From the NCBI GenBank assembly GCA_031372065.1, contig JANMKN010000235.1, positions 1 through 11,403 of the forward strand: 11,403 bases of DNA. Direction: 5' to 3'. The DNA comes from Abditibacteriaceae bacterium (GTDB lineage Bacteria; Armatimonadota; Abditibacteriia; Abditibacteriales; Abditibacteriaceae). Below, piece after piece: positions 1 through 7,288 of this stretch. Within the stretch, counting starts at the first letter, position 1. Each line of letters starts with the position of its first letter. The notes beneath the pieces were generated by a model. That model saw only the letters and a list, made by a program, of their open reading frames with translations. It did not search any database and was not told the DNA's origin. Made by a program: the position numbers and the translations under genes.

Positions 1-1
1 C

Positions 2-124
2 GGTACGAGGGGCGTCTTCGGTCATCAGATGCGCTTCGATCTGCGCGCTGGTTTTCCATTGGTGACGACCAAGAAGCTGCACCTGAAATCGATCATCAAC
101 GAGCTGGTGTGGTTTCTCAGTGGC
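2..124 (+). pseudogene. thyA: Thymidylate synthase (ThyA) N-terminal-region fragment, cut off by the window edge and broken at ~124
   Basis: Frame +2 from base 2 reads [41 protein letters not shown], which closely matches the ThyA segment (E. coli [41 protein letters not shown]). After FLSG the expected DTN.. is absent; the frame continues RFRWTKCWN and stops at TGA 152-154. Not in the ORF track. Confidence 0.93.
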
Positions 125-1077
125 CGATTTCGTTGGACAAAATGCTGGAACTGACCTCTGCGGCGCGCTGCGGCGAGCAGAAATTCGACGGCGTGGATTT
201 CTTTCTTTTTCATCCGCACCTCGACCCGGAATCCAGCGATGACGAACTGAAAAAAGTCGCCGAGAAAATCGCCGGACGCGGCTTTAATATTGGCTCTTTA
301 GTCGCTCCGGTTTGGCCCGGCACTGTTGGCGATTCGGCAATGGGCGACGAGGCGGCGCGCGGGCGTTTCTTGGACGCCATTCGCTTCGCGTGTCGCGTGG
401 CGGGCATTTTCAAAGACAGCGGCGTGCGGCGCTACGGCTTGATTCGCATTGATTCCGCCGAAGGCAATATCGAAAGTTGGGGCGAGAATCCCAAAGCGAA
501 CACTTCGCGCATCGCCGAAACCTTCCGCGAAGCCGCGCAAATCGCCGCCGATAATGGCGAACGCCTCGCGATGGAAGGCGAGATTTGCTGGGCCGGAATG
601 CATTCGTGGAAAGACGTTTTGGATTTGCTGGAAGCTGTCGGAATGCCTGAAACCGTCGGCTTCCAAGCGGATTTGGCGCATACCTATTTGTATCTGATGG
701 GCTACAACGCGCCTGAATACGCTTTGCTGGATAAAAACTATTCTGACGACGAGTTTTACGCCGCTTATGAGAAGATGACCGACAAACTGCGCCCGTGGAC
801 AATTGATTTTCACGTCGCGCAAAATGACGGCTCGGTTCACGGCACCGGCTCGCACGACAAAACAGGCCGCCATTGTTTGGCGAGCGACCCGAACGGCAAA
901 CTCGACATGGTTCGCTGCGCCGGTTACTGGCTCAAAGATGCGCCCGCGCGCGGCATTCAGCACATTTGCTGGGACGGCTGTATGTTCCCCAACGACCTGC
1001 TGCTGACCGGACAAACGTGGAACGACATTCTCAAAGTCATGGTTGATGTGCGCAACGCGCATGGCTGGCATGGCTAA
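124..1077 (+). CDS. Xylose isomerase-like TIM-barrel sugar phosphate isomerase/epimerase (AP_endonuc_2 family), probably 5'-truncated
   Basis: Long frame +1 ORF with metal-site motifs [27 protein letters not shown] and CWDGC. Family-like sequence begins at [11 protein letters not shown] (124). The track's GTG start at 109 lies inside the thyA fragment. Stop TAA at 1075-1077. Confidence 0.85.
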   Translation, partial: PISLDKMLELTSAARCGEQKFDGVDFFLFHPHLDPESSDDELKKVAEKIAGRGFNIGSLVAPVWPGTVGDSAMGDEAARGRFLDAIRFACRVAGIFKDSGVRRYGLIRIDSAEGNIESWGENPKANTSRIAETFREAAQIAADNGERLAMEGEICWAGMHSWKDVLDLLEAVGMPETVGFQADLAHTYLYLMGYNAPEYALLDKNYSDDEFYAAYEKMTDKLRPWTIDFHVAQNDGSVHGTGSHDKTGRHCLASDPNGKLDMVRCAGYWLKDAPARGIQHICWDGCMFPNDLLLTGQTWNDILKVMVDVRNAHGWHG

Positions 1078-1092
1078 AAAGGAATCATTCGC

Positions 1093-2232
1093 ATGAGCAA
1101 AAAACCTTACAACATTGGCCTGATTGGTTACGGTTTCATGGGCCGCACGCATTCCAACGCCTATCGTCGCGTTGATAATTTTTTCGACCTCGAATATTCG
1201 CCGGTTCTCAAAGCCGTCTGCGGGCGCAACGCCGAAAATGCGCAGGCGTTTGCCGCGCAATGGGGCTATGAATCGGTGGAAACCGACTGGCGAAAGTTAG
1301 TGGCGCGCGACGACATTGACGCGATTGACATTTGCGTCCCGAACAATTTTCACGCTGAAATCGCCATCGCCGCCGCGCAAAATGGCAAAGCGGTTCTTTG
1401 CGAAAAACCGCTGGCTATGAATCCCGCCGAAGGCCAAAAAATGGTGGACGCCATTGAAAAAGCCGGAGTCGCCAACACGGTTTGGTATAACTACCGGCGC
1501 GTTCCGGCGGTCACGTTGGCCAAACAACTGATTGACGAAGGGCGTTTGGGCCGCATTTTTCATTATCGCGCCAATTTTCTGCAAGACTGGACGATCAGCG
1601 CCGAACTTCCACAAGGCGGCGCCGCTTTGTGGCGTTTGGATGCCGAGGCTGCTGGTTCCGGCGTCACGGGCGATTTGCTGGCGCACTGCATAGACACCGC
1701 GCTGTGGCTGAACGGTGGCATCAAAGATGTCAGCGCCGTGACGGAAATTTTCGTCAAAGAGCGAATGCACAATCTGACTGGCGCGATGGAAAAAGTAACA
1801 ATTGACGATGCTTGCATCTTCCACTGTCACTTCGACAACGGCTCGCTCGGCCTCTTTGAATCAACGCGTTATGCGCGCGGCCACAAGGCGCTTTACACCT
1901 TTGAAATCAATGGCGAACACGCCTCAATTCGCTGGGATTTGCACGATTTGCATCGCTTGGAATATTTCGATCATGCCGACGATTCGCTCATTCGTGGCTG
2001 GCACGATGTTCACGTCACCGATGGCGATCAGCCCTATATGGATCACTGGTGGGTGCCGGGCTTGCAAATCGGTTACGAACACACTTTTGTGCATCAAGTC
2101 GCCGACTTTTTAGAGGCTTTGTCCGCCGGAAAACCATGCCCTCCGACTTTTCGCGATGCGCTTGAAACGCAGCAAGTGTGCGCTGCGGTGATTAACTCCG
2201 CCAATTCGCGTCAATGGGTGGACGTGGAGTAA
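1093..2232 (+). CDS. Gfo/Idh/MocA family NAD(P)-dependent oxidoreductase (sugar/inositol dehydrogenase-like)
   Basis: N-terminal Rossmann motif [16 protein letters not shown] motif, [19 protein letters not shown] catalytic segment, and C-terminal PTFRDA. SD AAGGA at 1079-1083. Lies 15 bp after the isomerase stop, so likely co-transcribed. Confidence 0.95.
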   Translation: MSKKPYNIGLIGYGFMGRTHSNAYRRVDNFFDLEYSPVLKAVCGRNAENAQAFAAQWGYESVETDWRKLVARDDIDAIDICVPNNFHAEIAIAAAQNGKAVLCEKPLAMNPAEGQKMVDAIEKAGVANTVWYNYRRVPAVTLAKQLIDEGRLGRIFHYRANFLQDWTISAELPQGGAALWRLDAEAAGSGVTGDLLAHCIDTALWLNGGIKDVSAVTEIFVKERMHNLTGAMEKVTIDDACIFHCHFDNGSLGLFESTRYARGHKALYTFEINGEHASIRWDLHDLHRLEYFDHADDSLIRGWHDVHVTDGDQPYMDHWWVPGLQIGYEHTFVHQVADFLEALSAGKPCPPTFRDALETQQVCAAVINSANSRQWVDVE

Positions 2233-2253
2233 ACACTGCTCCTGAGACACGCC

Positions 2254-2838
2254 ATGAAAAGTTCGCGGCCCCTCAAAAAAGTATGTGCGGTGAGTTTTGC
2301 TGGTATCGCGCTGATTTTCTGGGCGGCACAGCGAGGGCCGGACATTAACAATCTGTCAGATGCTGAAGTTTCGTCGCGCTTGACGAAACTTCAGCATGAA
2401 TTGACGCCTCCCGATTTTACTCCAGTTGAAGAAATCGCGGCAGTTTATGGGCAGCCTTATATGCGAGTTCCGTGGGTTGGCGTCGAAAATGCCGAATACC
2501 AGGAAATCAAGTTGTTGACCGACTGGCGGCGCAATTGCCACCTATTTCTTTGGTATCAAGAAGTCAATGGCAGGGCTGGGAATTATCAGTTCAGAGAGAG
2601 GCCTGTGGTGACAACTCGTGAAACTGAATCGAGACCTCAATTGGCATACAACCAAAAACAAACGCCCGTTCCGCGAGTAATTACGCCGCAGATGATGGCG
2701 GCGCAAAAGCGGGCCGAACAACTTGCACATCAGGCGCGCGTGGCTGAAAACCGCCGACAATTGAAAAACCTGATGGCTATTGAGCGTCGTTATGGTAAAT
2801 TGGCGCGGGAACAAGGTTGGAACTCGGCACCCCGCTAA
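2254..2838 (+). CDS. Hypothetical exported or membrane-anchored protein
   Basis: 194-aa ORF, 21 bp downstream of the oxidoreductase. Basic N-terminus plus hydrophobic stretch (VCAVSFAGIALIFWAA) and a helical C-terminus. Followed by a strong terminator. No family recognised. Confidence 0.65.
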   Translation: MKSSRPLKKVCAVSFAGIALIFWAAQRGPDINNLSDAEVSSRLTKLQHELTPPDFTPVEEIAAVYGQPYMRVPWVGVENAEYQEIKLLTDWRRNCHLFLWYQEVNGRAGNYQFRERPVVTTRETESRPQLAYNQKQTPVPRVITPQMMAAQKRAEQLAHQARVAENRRQLKNLMAIERRYGKLAREQGWNSAPR

Positions 2839-2861
2839 GATTTTTTTAAGACTGGCTTTTG

Positions 2862-2923
2862 AAAACGAAGACCGCTGTGTGAAAAATGATTTCACACAGC
2901 GGTCTTTGTTTTTGTTTTTGTTT
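2862..2923. terminator. Intrinsic terminator, probably bidirectional
   Basis: Perfect 17-bp stem AAGACCGCTGTGTGAAA (2868-2884) / TTTCACACAGCGGTCTT (2890-2906) with a 5-nt loop. T-rich tail TGTTTTTGTTTTTGTTT on +, and AAAA upstream for the - strand. Lies between convergent genes. Confidence 0.88.
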
Positions 2924-2931
2924 AGCGCGAA

Positions 2932-2983
2932 GCTAACAGCTCATCGCTAAAGGTTAACAGCTCATCGCTAAAGGCTAACAGCT
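2932..2983. repeat. 21-bp tandem repeat (~2.5 copies) built from heptamers
   Basis: GCTAACAGCTCATCGCTAAAG (2932-2952), GTTAACAGCTCATCGCTAAAG (2953-2973), GCTAACAGCT (2974-2983). Sub-period of 7: GCTAACA/GCTCATC/GCTAAAG. Confidence 0.9.
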
Positions 2984-2985
2984 TT

Positions 2986-3552
2986 CTATCGCGCATAAAT
3001 GCCGCACGGTGCCCATAATGCTGCTGGTGCGCCGCTCATGGTGGCTGACGGCAAAATTAAAGGCACATCTTCACCGTTGACTTTCAGCGTGGCGGTTTGC
3101 GCCGCGCCTTCAAGACCTTGCTGCGTAAACGGCATCATATTGCCGCCTTCTCCTATGGCACGGTTGATAAGTTGCAATTCGCCGATATTGCTCAGGTGCG
3201 ATTCAAAAACCATTTCGCCAATTGTCACGCGCGCACTGGCGCTTTGGGCATCGTTGCTGATTTCAATCGTTGCTTCTAAAACAGGCGCGTTTTCAAACGG
3301 CGTGCCCTCAAAAATATTCGGGCCAAAATAAGCGCCGACTTCGCGATTCGACGACACGAAACCTGCGATTTGTGGCATCGCTGCGGGGTCGGGTTGCCAC
3401 AAAACCATGCCTGCTGGTGCGCTGCCTACCGGCGTGTGAACCATGCGCGCGACGTGCAGCATGATGTTCGGCATTTGTCCATCCGCGTTATCTGCGGTCA
3501 GCGCCATTAAGTCCACGCCGCCTTCCCAAGACATCCATTGTTCGATTGCCAT
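2986..3552 (-). CDS. Hypothetical protein (188 aa, beta-rich appearance)
   Basis: Clean ORF with ATG at 3552 preceded by SD AAAGGA. Protein-like composition (WMSWEGGVDL, YFGPNIFEGTPFE). No family confidently recognised. Confidence 0.8.
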   Translation of the reverse strand: MAIEQWMSWEGGVDLMALTADNADGQMPNIMLHVARMVHTPVGSAPAGMVLWQPDPAAMPQIAGFVSSNREVGAYFGPNIFEGTPFENAPVLEATIEISNDAQSASARVTIGEMVFESHLSNIGELQLINRAIGEGGNMMPFTQQGLEGAAQTATLKVNGEDVPLILPSATMSGAPAALWAPCGIYAR

Positions 3553-3680
3553 TCTGTTTCCTTTGTTGCTGTGAATGATGCGGCGAATTTAGCCTAACAA
3601 AAAGACCGCAACGTAGTTGGAAGTAGGACGTTTTGGCTTCTCACTTGCAGCCCAAAATCAATGGAATTCGGGAGGAAATT

Positions 3681-3830
3681 ATGCGGCGTGACGAAGAACT
3701 TGACGAACTGGAAGACGAAGACGAGGACGATTCGACAGTAAGCGACGAAGAACTGGACGAGGACGAAGAAGACCAAGAGGAAGACGATGACCTCGACACG
3801 GATATTCGTCGTGCGTGGGGCGAGACTTGA
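3681..3830 (+). CDS. Small hyper-acidic protein (49 aa)
   Basis: SD GGAGG at 3671-3675, 5 nt before ATG 3681, which is a better start than the track's TTG 3633. Sequence MRRDEELDELEDEDEDDSTVSDEELDEDEEDQEEDDDLDTDIRRAWGET; 29 of 49 residues are D/E. Confidence 0.72.
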   Translation: MRRDEELDELEDEDEDDSTVSDEELDEDEEDQEEDDDLDTDIRRAWGET

Positions 3831-3917
3831 CTCCAATTCGGCATCGTTAGATGCCAGCTACAGTCATTTAAAAGGCGCTGCTTCGTGGCGAAATCTGGCC
3901 CGCGTTTCCCCTTGTCT

Positions 3918-6900
3918 TCAGTTCGCAACCGTAAATGAATAACTACCCGGTTCGGCGCTGAAGACGGTGAAACCTTTCTCTTCGCGCAAGAGTTTGAGGC
4001 CGCGCATTTGGGCAGCGGGGCGGCCATTGCTGGTGACAGCGGCAGCGTTTGGCGATGGGACGTGAATTTCCGCTGTGCTGTTGGTGGGAATGGTGGCATC
4101 CAGTTGCAATTTGCCGCCCTCTATTTTCCACGAAGTGCGAATCGGGCCGCGCAGGGAGTTATACGAGCCGCGCGCCCATGTCAGGCCCGGCCCCGGTTCG
4201 GGTTTGATAATAATTTTTTTGAAGCCCGGTTCCAGCGCGTCAATGCCCAAAACGGTGCGATAAAGCCACTCGCCGCAGGAACCGTAGGCGTAATGGTTGA
4301 ACGAGTTCATCGAAACCGGCCCGAAGCCATCATTCTTGGTGTAAGAATTCCAGCGTTCCCACATCGTCGTCGCGCCTTGTTCGATGGAGTAGCCCCACGA
4401 GGGAAACGTGGTGTTGCTCATCATTTTGTAAGCCACATCAGTGCGGCCAATATCGGTCAACGTGGGAAGCAACAAATTCACACCTAAAAAGCCGGTTGTT
4501 AGGTGTCCGTTATGCGCTTCGATGTCTTTCACCAGCAAGTCGGCGGCTTTGACGCGCTGTTCAGGCGTTAGCAAATCGAAACGCAAGGCCATAAGATAGC
4601 CGGTTTGCGAACCGTTGCCGATTTTGCCATCCGGCGCGACGAACTTGCTTTGAAATTCCTTGCGCACATCCTCGAAAAGTTTTTGATATTTGTCGGCGTT
4701 GACTTTTTTATCAACGACAGCGGAAATGTTTGATAACAATTTGGCGCTGTGTGCGAAATAGGCCAGATAAATCAAGCGTTTGGGCGTGTCTGAGCCGATG
4801 GCGAGCCAATCGCCAAAACCGGCGTCCGGCACGATGAAATTCGGCGCGTGCGATTGATAATAGGTAACGTGCTTTTCTATCGCGTCGTAATGCTTTTCCA
4901 GCAATCGTTTGTCGCCGTAAACCTGATACATCGTCCACGGCACGATAATGCCCGCGTCAGCCCAGCCGGGACTCCAACCTCCATGCAGTGACGGCGCCAT
5001 ATTCGGAAAATCGCCGTCGGCGCCTTGTTCATCAACCAAATCGTCCATCCACTTGGTAAAGAAGGCGTTCACGTCCTGATTATAGGCGCCAGTGCGCACG
5101 AAAACTTGTGTGTCGCCCGTCCAACCAAGGCGTTCGTCACGTTGCGGGCAATCGGTGGGAATGTCGAAATAATTCGATTTTTGACCCCATAAAACGTTCG
5201 ACCAGATTTTGTTGAATAGCGGATTGGAACATTCGAATTTGCCGGTCTGTTCGAGGTCGGAATGCACCACAATGCCGGTAATGGCATCGGTTGTCGGCTT
5301 TTGCGGCAAGCCTTCGACTTCGACGTATTGAAAGCCGTGGTAGGTAAAGTGTGGCTCCCACGTTTCGAGTCCCGCTCCCTTGCAAACATAAGTGTCAATG
5401 GCACGGGCCGAACGCAAGTTTTCGCGGTAAACGGTGTTGTCAGGATTCAGCATTTCGCCAAAGCGCATAGTGATAACCGTGCCCGCTTTGGCTTGCACTT
5501 TCAGGCGCGCCCAGCCCGCGAAGTTCTGGCCCATATTGAAAACATAAAGGCCCGGTTTCGGCTCGCTGATGGCGATGGGTTTGATTTCGCTTTGCGCGCG
5601 AACCGGCGGCCCGGCGTGGGCGGCGATGAGTTTGGTGGTTTCAGCGAAACTGACCACAGTTTCGGGCTTGAACCATTTGCTATCGTCGAATCCGGCTTCG
5701 TTCCAGCCTTTGATTTCGCGGCGTGCATCGTAAGTTTCGCCGGCTTGCATATCCGATTCGAGAATCGGCCCGAAACCGGCTTTCCACTCGCCGTCGGTGA
5801 CCAAAACGCCGCGATCACCATTGGCGAAAAACATATGCAACTGCGCGTATAAACGCGTTTTGCTGCCGTAGCGATTCTGACCGAGAATGCTGAGATTGCC
5901 GCGAAACCAACCATCGCCTAAGATCGCGCCCAGAGCGTTGTCTCCGGTTTTGAGCAGCTTTGTCACGTCGTAAGTGCGAAACAAGGCGCGTTTTTCGTAG
6001 TTGGTGAAGCCCGGCGCGAAATATTCATCGCCGACGCGCTGCCCGTTGAGATGCAGTTCATAAGCGCCGTGCGCCGTGGCGTAAACCACAGCGCGCACCG
6101 GCACTTGCTCCAATTTAAAAGCGCGGCGCAAATAAGTGGCGGGCAGATATTCCGCCACGCCTGAAGCGCGCACTTTGCCCCACGGCTCCGCGCCGTTTTT
6201 GCCCAGTTCTTTGGAGTCCGTCCACTTTTCGGCGTCTTCGTTCGGGTCGCGCGCGGTTTTCCAGCTTTTATCCGAGAGAACCGTGATGCGTTTGCCATCT
6301 TCGAGATCAACATCCAGCGAAACAAAAAGGCCCATTGGCCCTTGCGAATTCGGCCCTTTTTCGGCGAGGTTATCTACCATGCCCAGCAAAATGTTTTTGC
6401 CGGGCACCAGCAGTTTTGTCACGTCGGCAGGAATGGTATGGCGCCAATCTTCGCCCTGCGCGACTTGCTTGCCATTGACCGAAACCGCAAATAAGTTGTC
6501 GCCCGCTGCGTGCAAAGCGGCGTTTTTAATTTTGGCGCCTGCGGGAATTTCCACTTCACGCGCGAAATAGCGTTTGCCTGCGGGCGCGGTGCCGTTGTTG
6601 CCGTCCGGCCCGCAAATCCATTGTGCATCGCGCACGCTGACCGAAAGCGGCGGCGCTTTGCCGTCAATGCCTATCGGTTCGGCCCTGTCGCAGCCAATCC
6701 ATTGTGCTGTCCACTCTTTTTGGTTGGTCAGACCCATTGTCCACGAGGCAATTTCGCTCCACGGCGAGGACGAACCGATTTCTTCCCACACGCGCACTTT
6801 CCAATAGCAGCGCTGATGCGTCAGCAAAGCGCGGCCCGCGTAAGCTGCCACCGGCTCATCGGACACGACTTTTTTGGTGTCCCATAAATCGCCAATGCCC

Positions 6901-7118
6901 TGCGCCAACTTTTCGGGCGAGGAGGCCACTAAAACCTGATAAGCGCCTTGCTTGCGCCACGCCCCTTCATCGCCCCACTGCCATGATAGACGCGGATTCG
7001 GCACATCAATGCCAATCGGCGCGACTTTGTATTCGCAACGCAAATTTTCGACAACAGCCGCACTTGCAGGCGCGCTGACAATGGCACTGAGCAACAGCAT
7101 TGGAAGAAATGGTTTCAT
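3918..7118 (-). CDS. Secreted alpha-L-rhamnosidase, glycoside hydrolase family 78, with CBM67-like insert
   Basis: Sec signal peptide (MKPFLPMLLLSAIVSAPASA). N-terminal LRCEY..PIGID.PNPRLSW domain, NMGQNFAGW, FTYHGFQYVE, catalytic-region motif IPTDCPQRDERLGWTGD (DCPQRDE at 5133-5153), GATTMWERWNS and SFNHYAYG. Confidence 0.96.
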   Translation of the reverse strand: MKPFLPMLLLSAIVSAPASAAVVENLRCEYKVAPIGIDVPNPRLSWQWGDEGAWRKQGAYQVLVASSPEKLAQGIGDLWDTKKVVSDEPVAAYAGRALLTHQRCYWKVRVWEEIGSSSPWSEIASWTMGLTNQKEWTAQWIGCDRAEPIGIDGKAPPLSVSVRDAQWICGPDGNNGTAPAGKRYFAREVEIPAGAKIKNAALHAAGDNLFAVSVNGKQVAQGEDWRHTIPADVTKLLVPGKNILLGMVDNLAEKGPNSQGPMGLFVSLDVDLEDGKRITVLSDKSWKTARDPNEDAEKWTDSKELGKNGAEPWGKVRASGVAEYLPATYLRRAFKLEQVPVRAVVYATAHGAYELHLNGQRVGDEYFAPGFTNYEKRALFRTYDVTKLLKTGDNALGAILGDGWFRGNLSILGQNRYGSKTRLYAQLHMFFANGDRGVLVTDGEWKAGFGPILESDMQAGETYDARREIKGWNEAGFDDSKWFKPETVVSFAETTKLIAAHAGPPVRAQSEIKPIAISEPKPGLYVFNMGQNFAGWARLKVQAKAGTVITMRFGEMLNPDNTVYRENLRSARAIDTYVCKGAGLETWEPHFTYHGFQYVEVEGLPQKPTTDAITGIVVHSDLEQTGKFECSNPLFNKIWSNVLWGQKSNYFDIPTDCPQRDERLGWTGDTQVFVRTGAYNQDVNAFFTKWMDDLVDEQGADGDFPNMAPSLHGGWSPGWADAGIIVPWTMYQVYGDKRLLEKHYDAIEKHVTYYQSHAPNFIVPDAGFGDWLAIGSDTPKRLIYLAYFAHSAKLLSNISAVVDKKVNADKYQKLFEDVRKEFQSKFVAPDGKIGNGSQTGYLMALRFDLLTPEQRVKAADLLVKDIEAHNGHLTTGFLGVNLLLPTLTDIGRTDVAYKMMSNTTFPSWGYSIEQGATTMWERWNSYTKNDGFGPVSMNSFNHYAYGSCGEWLYRTVLGIDALEPGFKKIIIKPEPGPGLTWARGSYNSLRGPIRTSWKIEGGKLQLDATIPTNSTAEIHVPSPNAAAVTSNGRPAAQMRGLKLLREEKGFTVFSAEPGSYSFTVAN

Positions 7119-7288
7119 GATGAATTCCGCGCCTTACGCGAGACAAAAAACACAGCCGACACCGGTTGAACAGGTTTGTGGAAGGCTTTAGTAAACCAAA
7201 AGCAAAAGGTGCCGCGCCGTATCGGTAAATTATCTGCTAACTTAATAAGTAATACTTCAGATGAAAGCATCGTTTGGGAGAGATTGAA

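Noticed and set aside
109..123. GTG start at 109 for the isomerase
   Set aside because: It lies within thyA-coding sequence, and MVSQW is simply an alternative reading of the thyA fragment.
100..160. Intron, intein or programmed frameshift making a ThyA-isomerase fusion
   Set aside because: No downstream thyA exon in the window, no intron or intein features and no slippery site at the junction. The downstream sequence is ordinary isomerase coding DNA.
298..1260. 320-aa minus-strand ORF and the other long antisense or overlapping ORFs in the track
   Set aside because: They are shadows of well-supported genes on the opposite strand or in another frame, with no recognisable motifs.
3840..3855. 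Hairpin GGCATC-GTTA-GATGCC as a terminator
   Set aside because: Only a 6-bp stem with no adjacent U-tract on either strand, so too weak to call.
3594..4099. Poly-Ser ORF (3641-4099) and hydrophobic ORF (3594-3836) on the minus strand
   Set aside because: Both are antisense readings of the GAN-rich acidic ORF, which has the clear SD and ATG.
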